Positions 43,516-53,356 are shown, counted from the first letter of the stretch. The stretch is 64,000 nucleotides of DNA from an uncultured Gammaproteobacteria bacterium (GCA_964609095.1 CAZSQN010000002.1:88066-152065); one strand, 5' to 3'. Program-made: numbers and translations. Notes: generated by a model not told the origin, from the sequence alone.

Positions 43516-44514
43516 TTATTTTTCAGCAAAGAACCGCAATTTTAGGCCGATGCCGAGTTCGTTCATTTTCTGTTCAAGCATCGCCACATTGTCTTTATTA
43601 GCCAAAAACTCGCGGAATTTGTCCGGAAAATATTTATTTTCTTCGTCTCCAAACGGGTCTAAAAACTGCAAATGATTAAAAATTGAATCTTTCCCGGAAT
43701 AAACCGTGTCAATCTCGCACCTATTGAATCCGGCGGTTTTAAATAACCGCTCCAGAGTGCGGCCGGAAAAATAATTCAAATGGTTCCTGCCGGTAAAAGT
43801 TCTGGCCGTTCCGTGCAAAATCATATAAGCCAAGCTTTCCACATTGGGACATCGTCCCAAAAAGATTCCTCCCGGTTTTAAAATCCTGACGATTTCTTTC
43901 ATCACGGCAAGCGGCTGGGGCAAGTGCTCTATCACGCCAAACATTGACACCGCGTCAAAACTGTTGTCGGGAAACTTGCAATCCTCAAGGAGCTTCCGCT
44001 CCACCTTAACGCCGTACATTTCCTCGGCGTAAGACGCTGTTTTTTCGTTTAATTCCAAGCCAACCGTGTCATAACCCAAGTCCTTGCCGGCTTTCAGAAA
44101 AAGGCCGATGGAACATCCGATATCCAGAACTTTGCCTCCCGCGGGTATTTTTGTTTTAAGCTTATCGTAATACGTCTTATAAAGCTCAATATCGGTCCTC
44201 TGCTGTTCCGATGAGAGAACGACCTTCATAAAGGTCTCATGCGAAGGAACATCCTCATTGTAATATTTTAATATGGCTTTTTCTTTTAACTGCGGGTTGA
44301 CGTAAACAAAAGTGCAATTTCCGCATCTAACGAAATCAAAGCCGTTTTTGACAAAAAGATGGTCAAAAAGCGGCGAAGCGCAAATCCGGCAATTTATTTT
44401 CTCCGTCAATTCAGAACGGACTTTGCCGGTTTGCGGATCTATAAGCTCTTCCAATTCCTTATCTCTATAGAAAAAAAATTCGTTCCTATGCGTCGCCTTG
44501 TCAAAATTGCTCAT
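43516..44514 (-). CDS. Class I SAM-dependent methyltransferase with N-terminal Zn-ribbon
   Basis: CRIC…CGNC; motif I VLDIGCSIGLF. Confidence 0.8.
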   Translation of the reverse strand: MSNFDKATHRNEFFFYRDKELEELIDPQTGKVRSELTEKINCRICASPLFDHLFVKNGFDFVRCGNCTFVYVNPQLKEKAILKYYNEDVPSHETFMKVVLSSEQQRTDIELYKTYYDKLKTKIPAGGKVLDIGCSIGLFLKAGKDLGYDTVGLELNEKTASYAEEMYGVKVERKLLEDCKFPDNSFDAVSMFGVIEHLPQPLAVMKEIVRILKPGGIFLGRCPNVESLAYMILHGTARTFTGRNHLNYFSGRTLERLFKTAGFNRCEIDTVYSGKDSIFNHLQFLDPFGDEENKYFPDKFREFLANKDNVAMLEQKMNELGIGLKLRFFAEK

Positions 44515-44534
44515 ATAAATTATTCTATTTACCC

Positions 44535-44607
44535 CGTTAGAAAGACCCTCCTAAATAAATCCAACGAACCCGCTTGTCATAAATTTATAGAATGGACTTT
44601 CTAACGG
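44535..44607. repeat. 14-bp perfect inverted repeat pair separated by 45 bp
   Basis: accccgttagaaag … ctttctaacggggt. Confidence 0.7.
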
Positions 44608-44628
44608 GGTTTAATTAAAATCTTAAAT

Positions 44629-45801
44629 TTAATTTTGCCGCCATTTAATCTTTGGCAAAATAACGGATTTGTCAATTAAACGTTCGGCGTTTTTAATCTT
44701 CACAAGCATGGAATTGACCAGTTCTTCAGAAAGTTTCGTGGGGACAAGGCCTAATCCCAAAAGCTTATCATTCTTCGGATTGTAATAATGCTCTTCTTTT
44801 TCTATGCGGGGATTTTCCAAATGCTCTATCTTAACGTCTATGCCCAGTTTTGCCGCGGCGCGGGCAACCGTTTCGGCCAATTCCATAATGGAAAACACTT
44901 CCGTAAATTGGTTAAAAACCCTGAATTCGCCCGGGGCACCTGGATTTAAGACGGCGAGTTCCACGCATTGCAAGGTGTCGCGGATATTTAAAAATCCGCG
45001 CTTTTGGCCGCCCTTGCCATAAACCGTTAAAGGCATTCCGGCGACCGCCTGCACGCAAAATCTGTTCAAAGCGGTTCCAAAGACATCGTCATAATGAAAA
45101 CTCGTCCTTAAATCATCATGCAAGTTTATTTCTTCCGTTTCCAGCCCATAAACAACTCCCTGGTTCAAATCAGTCGCCTTAAGTCCCCAGACGCGGCAGG
45201 CAAATTCTATATTGTGGCTGTCATGAACTTTGCTCAAATGATAAAAAGAGCCCGGCTGCTTGGGAAAAGGCAGCCGGTCGCTTCTGCCTTTATGGTTTAT
45301 TTCTATATGGCCTTCTTCAATATCTATATTTGGCGTTCCGTATTCGCCCATTGTTCCCAGCTTTACCAAATGAGCGTCAGGCAAAGAATGCCGCATGGCA
45401 AAAAGCACGTTTAAAGTGCCGATGACATTATTTTTTTGGGTCAAAACGGCATTGTGCCTGGAGCGCATTGAGTATGGCGCCGACGGCTGTTCCGCGTAAT
45501 GCACAATGGCGTCGGGACGAAACTCTTCCATTACCCTGTAGATAAAACGGACATCTTCGGCAATATCTCCGACATAGAGCTTGATATCGCCTCTGGCAAC
45601 GGTTTTCCAGGTCGCCATGCGCGCCGGCAAAAGCGGTATTGGGTAAAGAGGCGCGACCCCAACTTGCGCTTCCCAGGCGCGCTTAATCATATTGTCCACC
45701 ACGGCGACCTCGTGCCCGAGACGCGAAAAATGCATGGCCGTAGGCCAGCCCAGGTAACCATCGCCTCCCAATATAAGGATACGCAATTTTTTGTCGCTCA
45801 T
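44629..45801 (-). CDS. sqdB: UDP-sulfoquinovose synthase (SQD1/SqdB/Agl3-like)
   Basis: Long collinear match to the SQD1 signature: ILGGDGYLGWPTAMH…VHYAEQPSAPYSM…LTQKNNVIGTLNVLFA…LVKLGTMGEYGTPNIDIEEGHIEI…LPFPKQPGSFYHLSKVHDSHNIEFACRVWGLKATDLNQGVVYG…ALNRFCVQA; the ORF-track N-extension is probably not real. Confidence 0.85.
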   Translation of the reverse strand: MSDKKLRILILGGDGYLGWPTAMHFSRLGHEVAVVDNMIKRAWEAQVGVAPLYPIPLLPARMATWKTVARGDIKLYVGDIAEDVRFIYRVMEEFRPDAIVHYAEQPSAPYSMRSRHNAVLTQKNNVIGTLNVLFAMRHSLPDAHLVKLGTMGEYGTPNIDIEEGHIEINHKGRSDRLPFPKQPGSFYHLSKVHDSHNIEFACRVWGLKATDLNQGVVYGLETEEINLHDDLRTSFHYDDVFGTALNRFCVQAVAGMPLTVYGKGGQKRGFLNIRDTLQCVELAVLNPGAPGEFRVFNQFTEVFSIMELAETVARAAAKLGIDVKIEHLENPRIEKEEHYYNPKNDKLLGLGLVPTKLSEELVNSMLVKIKNAERLIDKSVILPKIKWRQN

Positions 45802-45817
45802 TTTAGTGGAATGAAAA

Positions 45818-46504
45818 TTATAAACGGGTATGCAGACCGCATTCGCCTCCCAGATTCTGCGTGCCCGTAAATCGTCCGGCGCGCTCAAACTGCCCTTGGC
45901 GGCCTCCGCCTTCGCGCACCTTGCCGCCGGTAGTGCAGGGCTTGCAGCCCAGCGACAAATAACCATGGTCATAGAGCGGATGGTACCGGAGATTATTTTC
46001 TTTTATGTACTGCCAAACATCGTCTTTGGTCCAGAAAGCAATGGGGTTTATTTTGGCGATTTTGCCGGCCTCAACAATGGGCGTATTTTTGCGATACTCG
46101 GTTTCGTCGCGGCGCAAACCGGTAATCCAGGCGTCAAAGCGCGGCAAGGCGCTCTCAATGGCCGGAATCTTCATCTCGCAGCATTTATATTGGTCGTTCT
46201 TGATGAACGAGTCCCCATATTGTTCGTCTATCCGCTTAATGTCTTCCGAACCGGGATGCAGCCATTCAAAATTTAATTTCAATTCTTCAACCAAAGAATT
46301 GCCGTAAGACAATGTTTCTTCAAATTCATAACCGGTATCAATGCCCAAAAAACATAAATCGGGTTTGGCCTTGGTGGCCAAATCCACGATGACCCGCGAA
46401 TCCTTGCCAAAAGAGCAGGCGGCAAAAATGCGCGGATAGGCCTTGACCGCCAGTTTAATTATAGTTTGGGAGAGATCGGCTTTTTCTTTTAGAGTCAAAT
46501 TCAT
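45818..46504 (-). CDS. cysH: Phosphoadenylyl-/adenylyl-sulfate reductase (CysH family, Fe-S type)
   Basis: P-loop-like ACSFGKDSRVIVDLA; Cys pairs KCCEMK and CKPC; C-terminal ECGLH. Confidence 0.85.
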   Translation of the reverse strand: MNLTLKEKADLSQTIIKLAVKAYPRIFAACSFGKDSRVIVDLATKAKPDLCFLGIDTGYEFEETLSYGNSLVEELKLNFEWLHPGSEDIKRIDEQYGDSFIKNDQYKCCEMKIPAIESALPRFDAWITGLRRDETEYRKNTPIVEAGKIAKINPIAFWTKDDVWQYIKENNLRYHPLYDHGYLSLGCKPCTTGGKVREGGGRQGQFERAGRFTGTQNLGGECGLHTRL

Positions 46505-46508
46505 ACTT

Positions 46509-47684
46509 TTAAATCAATTTTTTTCTTAAAAGCTTCTCGTCTAAAGAGATTTTTTTTAGAACGGCGACAATCTTTTCCGCGGCCCGACCGTCTCCCAGGC
46601 GATAACCGCATTTTCTAAGTTTACCCGCAAAACTCTTATCTTCTAAAACATATTTGAGCGCGCCAATGATGGATTTTGTTTTGCCGTCGGAATCAACGAT
46701 ATTCTCTTCCCTGTCTCTGCCTTCTTGCCGCCTGCCGACGTTAACCGCCCCAAGATGCAAATAAGGCGCTTCAACAAAAGCGCAGGAAGAATTGCCGACA
46801 AGCGCGCCCGCGCCGGCAAGCAGCCCTAAAAAATCAAGATTATCTATGTTTTTCCGCACCAAAAATTGCGGGTCGTCGGAAATTTCCGAAATCGCGGAGA
46901 GCACGCCGTCGTATCCCGGATCGGAACAAGGATAAATAACAAGGGAACGGCCGCCAAAACTTTTAACCGCGGCAAATATATTGCGCGCCGCCCGGTAATT
47001 GCCCGCGCTTGTTAAATACGTATCCGGATGGTAAATGACGATAAAAAAATCTTCGCTTGGCCGCAGCCCGTATTTTGGCTTAACCAAACTTGTATCAGCA
47101 TACATTTGCTTGACGATCCTGTCAATGTAAAGCGAGCCAACCGGCTTTATGCGCCAGGCCTCTTCGCCCAAACGGCGAAGGCGGCCCGCGGCAACGGTTG
47201 TCTCCGGAAAATGAAAATGCGCCAATTTGGCAATAACATGCCTTTGCACATCGTCAATATTGCCGGATATCTCCCCGCCCTGCGTATGGAAAACCGGGAT
47301 TCCCAAATTCAAGGCCGCAAACCCGACCATCAAATGTTCTCCCCTGTCGGCATGGACCATAACAATATCCGGTTTCATTTTTTTAAGAGCCGAAGCCGCC
47401 TTTTGCTCGCAAACGCCAAGATTGCGCGCGCGGGAGAGCGATGAGTCGTCGCCTCCGGTGCCCATATCAATAAGCGTTATTTTGGAACGGGGAAAAAACT
47501 TTTTCACCTCATTTGCCGTAGCTCCGAACTCCTTTGAAGCGTGCATATCGCCGAGAAGCCACTGGAGTTCCAGCGACGGGTCGCTGTCAATCAGTTTCGC
47601 CAAAGGAAAATACGCTCCGAAACCGCCCCGCTTGCCGGAGAAAAGACAGATTTTTCTTTTTTGGACAGTTGTAGCACGGGACAT
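46509..47684 (-). CDS. UDP-N-acetylglucosamine 2-epimerase (NeuC/LegG-type, probably hydrolysing)
   Basis: …VHADRGEHLMVGFAALNLGIPVFHTQGGEISGNIDDVQRHVIAKLAHFHF…. Confidence 0.8.
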   Translation of the reverse strand: MSRATTVQKRKICLFSGKRGGFGAYFPLAKLIDSDPSLELQWLLGDMHASKEFGATANEVKKFFPRSKITLIDMGTGGDDSSLSRARNLGVCEQKAASALKKMKPDIVMVHADRGEHLMVGFAALNLGIPVFHTQGGEISGNIDDVQRHVIAKLAHFHFPETTVAAGRLRRLGEEAWRIKPVGSLYIDRIVKQMYADTSLVKPKYGLRPSEDFFIVIYHPDTYLTSAGNYRAARNIFAAVKSFGGRSLVIYPCSDPGYDGVLSAISEISDDPQFLVRKNIDNLDFLGLLAGAGALVGNSSCAFVEAPYLHLGAVNVGRRQEGRDREENIVDSDGKTKSIIGALKYVLEDKSFAGKLRKCGYRLGDGRAAEKIVAVLKKISLDEKLLRKKLI

Positions 47685-47686
47685 AC

Positions 47687-49051
47687 TTAATCAAGCAATC
47701 CTACTATAAATTCTCCTATTCGTAAAGCCGCCTGGCCGTCAGGATTATTGCAGATAACTTTGCGCATAATCTCGCGGGCTTCCGCGTCTTCCTCCGGATG
47801 CCGCAAATACAAATTGATAAAATCCTTAAATTCCTCCATGCTCTTTGCCACTCTCACCCCGCCGGTGGCAACCACCCGCGTATAATAAGAGGTTTTGAAT
47901 AAATTATTTTCTATTGAATCCCTTTTCTTTAGTTTTTTATAGCCGTCAAAAGCGACGCAAATCACCGGTTTGCCCAAAGTGATCGCGTCCAAAGAGAGGG
48001 TTGAGGCGGGATTGACCGTCACATCAGAAACATTTAACAAATTCGCCAGATGAATCATATCCTCGCGCGTCGGGTCTCCAAGTTCGGTAAAAATATCCGA
48101 CCTTCTGTGCTTGTCATCAACATAAACATTGGGTTCTTTGGCGAAACGGGAAAATCTGTTGGCGCGGCCGTCGGCAAAATGCGAACGGATAATAAGCGAG
48201 CAGGGAAAAGCGGTTTCTCCGGAATTTACCATTTTTGCCAAAATATCCGCGATGTCCTCATCATTGGGGCCGAAAAATCCTCCGGAACCGAAAAAAATAA
48301 CTTTTCTTGACGGATCAAGGCCAAGCGATTTTAAGAAACTGCCGCGTTCGGCAAAAATCCGCTCGGAATAAATATCAAACTGCGGAAAGCCCAAAACCCT
48401 GATGCGCTCCTTTGGGAAAAGCTGGGATTTGGAAGCCAGCGTCTTTAAGCTTTCATTGTAAACAATGAGCCAGTCGGGAGCGACGCGAAATAAGTATTTA
48501 TCAAACGTGTCCCAGCTTTTGGGCATAGCCACGGTTTTAACACCGCGCCTTTTCGCCTCTTTGAGCATCATCATATCAACATTGCCCAAAATAGAAGTTG
48601 AAAAAACTAAGTCCGGATTATATTTGTCAAAAAAATGTTTGTAATACCTGTCGCGGTAAAAAGTATATTCCATCCAACGAAACGCTTTTTTGACCGATCC
48701 AAACCTGGAAAAAATACGTCCGCACAAAATCCAAATTAAAAAATTCTTTAAGGAGCGTTTTCTCCGTCCATTGCCGTAACGGGCGTGGATGTAAGCGGTT
48801 TCGGTATCCACCATGTTAATCATCAATTGGGTAAAGACATTGCGCCTAAACCAGCCGGGAATAATCTTTTTAATCGGCTCAAAAACAACATTGCCATAAT
48901 TAAATTCCCGGCGGTATTCGTCCGGAATGCGGTCTGGTAAAAAAATAACTATGCGCAAATTGGGATGCTCCCGGATAACTTTAAAAACCGCGGTTCGGAG
49001 CACATTTCTCGCCGGAATACCCTGGGTAATGACGATAAATAAGGTCTTCAT
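47687..49051 (-). CDS. TagF/TagB-like CDP-polyol phosphotransferase family protein (paralog 1)
   Basis: C-terminal …DVTVNPASTLSLDAITLGKPVICVAFDGY…; paralogous to 50957-52312 and 54783-56165. Confidence 0.65.
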   Translation of the reverse strand: MKTLFIVITQGIPARNVLRTAVFKVIREHPNLRIVIFLPDRIPDEYRREFNYGNVVFEPIKKIIPGWFRRNVFTQLMINMVDTETAYIHARYGNGRRKRSLKNFLIWILCGRIFSRFGSVKKAFRWMEYTFYRDRYYKHFFDKYNPDLVFSTSILGNVDMMMLKEAKRRGVKTVAMPKSWDTFDKYLFRVAPDWLIVYNESLKTLASKSQLFPKERIRVLGFPQFDIYSERIFAERGSFLKSLGLDPSRKVIFFGSGGFFGPNDEDIADILAKMVNSGETAFPCSLIIRSHFADGRANRFSRFAKEPNVYVDDKHRRSDIFTELGDPTREDMIHLANLLNVSDVTVNPASTLSLDAITLGKPVICVAFDGYKKLKKRDSIENNLFKTSYYTRVVATGGVRVAKSMEEFKDFINLYLRHPEEDAEAREIMRKVICNNPDGQAALRIGEFIVGLLD

Positions 49052-49926
49052 AAAAATTTATTGACAAATTTTGCCGGCAAATTTTTGACTTTATGGGCCG
49101 GCGGGAGCAGGGTCTCAAAAAATCTGATAATTTGGATTTTTTTTCTAAATTTTTTTAAGTCGGGCTTTATTCCAAACTCCGCCGAGGCAACTGCCGGACG
49201 CGCGTCATCCATTCTCGCGGCAATAACTCTAATCGCTCTCGCGCCATCGGTCAAAGCAAATTTGATGATTTTTAGACCGGCTTTGGAAAGAACTAAATTT
49301 AAAGTGTGGGGGCTGTAATGGAAAAGGTGCCCCGGCTTAAAATAGCTGATGATATTTTTATTAATGCTTTCCACATTGGGAACTTCAATATAAATCATCC
49401 CTCCGTTTCCAAGCAAATCGCGGAGCGCTTCAAATTTTACGAGAGGGTCAGGCAGGTGTTCAAGCACATGGCGAAGCACGAAGAGATTAAATTTTTTATC
49501 TTTATTCGTCTCCACAAATTTCGACAGCGACGAAACAACTATTTTGGCGCGGGAAACCCGGCCGGCAAACTGCGCGGCGGCGCCATCCGGTTCAAGTCCG
49601 ATAAGTTCGGCGGATGTTCTCTCTTCAAGCGCTTTGAGCAAACGGCCATAGCCGCAGCCGATGTCAGCTATTCTGTCCGCGGCGTTCATTTCCTTTATGT
49701 ATTCATCCGCGAAATCAAGCGCGTCGGCATATTTATACAATGACTTCATCAGATTATCGCTTTCATTCGGAGCCCTGTTCCATTCCAAAACAGAATAATC
49801 TCCGGAAGTAAAAAGCAGGCCGCAATTCCGGCAGCCGGCAAGAACCGCCTCCGGTTTCCGGCGCAAAACGCAAATCAACATTTTCAAATCCGGACCGGCA
49901 TTACATAAAACGCAGTTCAACCGCAT
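49048..49926 (-). CDS. Class I SAM methyltransferase with Zn-ribbon
   Basis: CVLCN…CRNCG; motif I IADIGCGYGRLL. Confidence 0.8.
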   Translation of the reverse strand: MRLNCVLCNAGPDLKMLICVLRRKPEAVLAGCRNCGLLFTSGDYSVLEWNRAPNESDNLMKSLYKYADALDFADEYIKEMNAADRIADIGCGYGRLLKALEERTSAELIGLEPDGAAAQFAGRVSRAKIVVSSLSKFVETNKDKKFNLFVLRHVLEHLPDPLVKFEALRDLLGNGGMIYIEVPNVESINKNIISYFKPGHLFHYSPHTLNLVLSKAGLKIIKFALTDGARAIRVIAARMDDARPAVASAEFGIKPDLKKFRKKIQIIRFFETLLPPAHKVKNLPAKFVNKFL

Positions 49927-49931
49927 ATAAA

Positions 49932-50951
49932 TTAAATCAATCTAAAAACTATATATTTAAAAAATCTTTTAATCATAGCCAAAACAAAGGGCCGATTCGC
50001 AAAAACGCGCTTCAAAAAGACAAAAATTGCGCGCGCTTTTTCATTTATCTTTATCTTGCGCGCAAGCCTGAGCACATCCGAACCGCGCAAAAAAAATTCA
50101 AAAGGCATCGGCGGCCGATGGTCATTTGCCGGCGCGGCGACAAAGTTTATGCCTCTTTTTAACGGCCCTCTTAAAGACGAATCGGCCGTAAAATCCAAAA
50201 TCTTGAATCCGGCCTTAAAAAGCAGGAGAAACATAGTCCAAGGACTATAAGCGTAGACATGACGGAGAGAAACATGCTTATGCCCCAAGCTGGCGTCCGG
50301 AACGGCGATGTAAACGGCGCCTCCGGGCCTAAGCAGTTTTCGCAGCTTGCCAAGCGCGGCCACGGGGTCAAGCATATGTTCAAAAACATGGTGTAAGATA
50401 ATAAAATCAAATTCCCCATTATGAGCGCCAATGGAACAAAAATCATCAAGGCCTCCATTATAAATGTTAACGCCAAAAATCTTTCTGCCTATGTCGGCCA
50501 CGCTTTTATGCGGCTCTATGCCCAGCGCTTCGCAATGATATTTATCGCGAATGCGCCGCAAGGTGGTGGCAAAACCGCAGCCGACCTCCAGCGCCTTGGA
50601 GCCGGGCTTAATCCAGTTCGCGAGAGAAGCGACAAAAGCGTCTCTTTTCGGAGAGTCGGCGTCTTCTTCTTTAATCTTCCGTTCCAAATCGTCTTCCCTC
50701 GCGCGGCGCGCTTCCTGCCAATATTGCTCGCCGTAAAACCGGCGATAAAAATCAGCGTTGGGACGCGGACTTAAATAAACCAGGCCGCAAACCTTGCAGA
50801 TAACCGCCTGGCCGCCTTTGGGCGCCTCAAGACACGGAAGATTAATAACTTCTTGCGAATCGCAAATAGCGCAAGAAACTGTTTCAAAGCCGTAATCAAA
50901 ATTTTCTCTTTGCGGAGGATCATTATAAAATGTTGTCTTGATGTTTGGCAT
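49932..50951 (-). CDS. Class I SAM methyltransferase with Zn-ribbon
   Basis: CAIC…CKVCG; motif I LEVGCGFATTL. Confidence 0.8.
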   Translation of the reverse strand: MPNIKTTFYNDPPQRENFDYGFETVSCAICDSQEVINLPCLEAPKGGQAVICKVCGLVYLSPRPNADFYRRFYGEQYWQEARRAREDDLERKIKEEDADSPKRDAFVASLANWIKPGSKALEVGCGFATTLRRIRDKYHCEALGIEPHKSVADIGRKIFGVNIYNGGLDDFCSIGAHNGEFDFIILHHVFEHMLDPVAALGKLRKLLRPGGAVYIAVPDASLGHKHVSLRHVYAYSPWTMFLLLFKAGFKILDFTADSSLRGPLKRGINFVAAPANDHRPPMPFEFFLRGSDVLRLARKIKINEKARAIFVFLKRVFANRPFVLAMIKRFFKYIVFRLI

Positions 50952-50956
50952 AAAAT

Positions 50957-52312
50957 TTACTTCAACAATGATTGCAAAAAAGCCGCGATGCGGACAGAGG
51001 ATCGTCCATCCAATTTATAGCACATTCTGGAGCGTAAAAACTCCCGCCCAGCTTTATCCAGCTCTGGGTTTTCCAAATAAGCATTGACATGTTTCTTTAA
51101 AGCATCGGGCCCATCGGCTGCGCGAACGCCTCCGCTTTTCACCACCTTCTGATAATAAGACGTATTTAAAAGCGCCGAACCGTGTTCATCCTCTTTTAAA
51201 GCCACGCAAATCACCGGCTTATCAAATACCGCGGCATCAAGCGAGAGGCTTGAAGACGGATTAATAGTCACATCGGCAGAACGCAAAAAGTTTCCGAGCA
51301 ATTCCATGTCGCTTTTTTGCGGATCGGCCACGTTGCCGTAATCAGGCAATCGTTTAACGCTGTCATCAACGTAGACATTTGGCAATCCGGCAAAACAGTT
51401 AAACCTGACGGCGTTCTTATCTAAAAAATGCGGCCTGATTATAAGCGAACATTGTTTAACAAGCTGATTATCTTTGATAAAATCGTACAAAAAATTACCG
51501 ATATCCATATCGGAAGGCCCGTACAGTCCGCCGGAACCAAAAAAGATAACCTTACGGCCCGGATTAAGGCCCAATCCCAAAAGAAACGCGTCCCTGTCAA
51601 ACGGCTTTTTCATCTGCTCAACATAAGTATCAAAGTTAGGAAACCCGGTGACCGTTATTCCAGATTCCGGCACATCCTGAGATTTTACCGCTACTTGTTT
51701 CAAATCTTCGTTTTGCGCCATAAGATAATCGGGCTTAACGGGAAAAAGATATTTTTCAAAAGTATCCCATCCTTTGGGCATGGAAACCGTAGTAATGCCC
51801 CGCCTTTTCGCCTGCTTCAAAAGCATGACATCATACTTATTCATAATAGAAGTGGAAAAAACAACATCCGGCTTATACTTTTCAAAAATAGACTCATAAA
51901 CCATATCTTCCCTAAACAAAAACATCTCCAAACGCCTAAAAAATCTTTTGACCGTATTCAAACGGCCAAAAAGAGCGGACCAAACTATAAGAAAACCCAG
52001 ATAAAATAAGCTTCTGCCCTTCCCCGCTTGCCCGTAATGCGCCTTAAACATGGCAATGTCGCTATGAATAAGCGGCAGAATCAGATTATTAAAAAAAAGT
52101 TTCAACCGCGTGGTTGATTGTTCCTCCAAGCCAATAAAGGCGACATTGGACGCCAGAAATTCCCGCTCAAACTCGGGCGGCACATGACCGGTAGTTAATA
52201 TGTATATAAAAACATCCGGCGTCTCCTTAATAAGAGGTAAAACATCCGTGCGCAAAATATTTCTGGCAACCAAACCCGGCTCAGCGCGTATAAAAATATT
52301 TTTTCTTTGCAT
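50957..52312 (-). CDS. TagF/TagB-like CDP-polyol phosphotransferase family protein (paralog 2)
   Basis: Collinear with 47687-49051 (…PDVVFSTSIMNKYDVMLLKQAKRRGITTVSMPKGWDTFEKYLF…). Confidence 0.65.
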   Translation of the reverse strand: MQRKNIFIRAEPGLVARNILRTDVLPLIKETPDVFIYILTTGHVPPEFEREFLASNVAFIGLEEQSTTRLKLFFNNLILPLIHSDIAMFKAHYGQAGKGRSLFYLGFLIVWSALFGRLNTVKRFFRRLEMFLFREDMVYESIFEKYKPDVVFSTSIMNKYDVMLLKQAKRRGITTVSMPKGWDTFEKYLFPVKPDYLMAQNEDLKQVAVKSQDVPESGITVTGFPNFDTYVEQMKKPFDRDAFLLGLGLNPGRKVIFFGSGGLYGPSDMDIGNFLYDFIKDNQLVKQCSLIIRPHFLDKNAVRFNCFAGLPNVYVDDSVKRLPDYGNVADPQKSDMELLGNFLRSADVTINPSSSLSLDAAVFDKPVICVALKEDEHGSALLNTSYYQKVVKSGGVRAADGPDALKKHVNAYLENPELDKAGREFLRSRMCYKLDGRSSVRIAAFLQSLLK

Positions 52313-52345
52313 AAAACCGGAAGCTGGAATTATTCGGACAGGGAT

Positions 52346-53356
52346 TTATTTGTTCGTAAACATGCTTTTGGCGTATTCATCCACAAAATCGCAGCTGTTG
52401 CACAGAGGATTCTTTTTTTTGAAATAAGCCCGTAAAAACGCCAGTCGCTTTGGGGCTTTCCAAACATCCTCAAGAGTTTTTTCCAAAACATTGCCCCAGC
52501 TGTATTTGCCGTCAAAATCAAAACAGCACGGCGCCACTTCCCCGCCGGCCAAAATGGAGCACTGGCTGAACTGCGGACAAAATCCCATATTCTTATAATA
52601 ACGCGAATCATCTTTATTCTGTAATCTCTGAAAATAGGCGTCGTCCGGCAGGAAGTCGGAAATCAGCTTATCCGTTTTGTCCAGTTCCCGCCCCATGTTC
52701 GGCGCCTTAATGGCGTATTCGTCAACTCCAATTTCTTTAAGAAAATCAACAATCTTTCCTATTTCGTGCTGGTTGTGCTTAAACACAAGGGTCTGGACTC
52801 TTAATCGCGGATATTTAAGTCCGCGCCTTTTTTTCTCCGCGGTAATTTTCTTGATATTTTCTATGACGACATTAAATTTTCCTCCGACGCGGTATTTTTC
52901 ATGCGTTTCCGGGCTGAAGCCGTCAAGCACCATCTGCAAACTGGTCAGGCCCGAATTCAAAATATCATCAACGTAATGCCCGACCAGCATGGTATTGGAA
53001 GAAATGTGCGTTTTAATGCCGCGCTCGGCGCAGGCCTTAATCATCTTAAAAATATCCTTGTTCAAAAACGGCTCGCCCATCAGATAAAAAGATATGGCTT
53101 TGGCATGCTTTTCTATTTTGGAAAGTATTTGAGAAAATCTTTCAAAATCCATATGTTCCAGCTTGCGCTTCATAATAGTGTGCCACGGACACATCGGGCA
53201 TTTATGATTGCAGATATTGGTGGCTTCAACAATAAAAGAAGTGGGCAACTTTCGCGCCATAATCCATACTTTTAAACCGAGCGGGAGCTTCTTAAATAAC
53301 CTGATTTTCCAATGCTCTTTCTTTGTTTTTTTATCTTTTTGAGGGCTTTCCACCAT
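52346..53356 (-). CDS. Radical SAM / SPASM-domain protein
   Basis: CNHKCPMCPW (CxxxCxxC) and a C-terminal Cys cluster (CCFDFDG…CNSCDF). Confidence 0.8.
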   Translation of the reverse strand: MVESPQKDKKTKKEHWKIRLFKKLPLGLKVWIMARKLPTSFIVEATNICNHKCPMCPWHTIMKRKLEHMDFERFSQILSKIEKHAKAISFYLMGEPFLNKDIFKMIKACAERGIKTHISSNTMLVGHYVDDILNSGLTSLQMVLDGFSPETHEKYRVGGKFNVVIENIKKITAEKKRRGLKYPRLRVQTLVFKHNQHEIGKIVDFLKEIGVDEYAIKAPNMGRELDKTDKLISDFLPDDAYFQRLQNKDDSRYYKNMGFCPQFSQCSILAGGEVAPCCFDFDGKYSWGNVLEKTLEDVWKAPKRLAFLRAYFKKKNPLCNSCDFVDEYAKSMFTNK

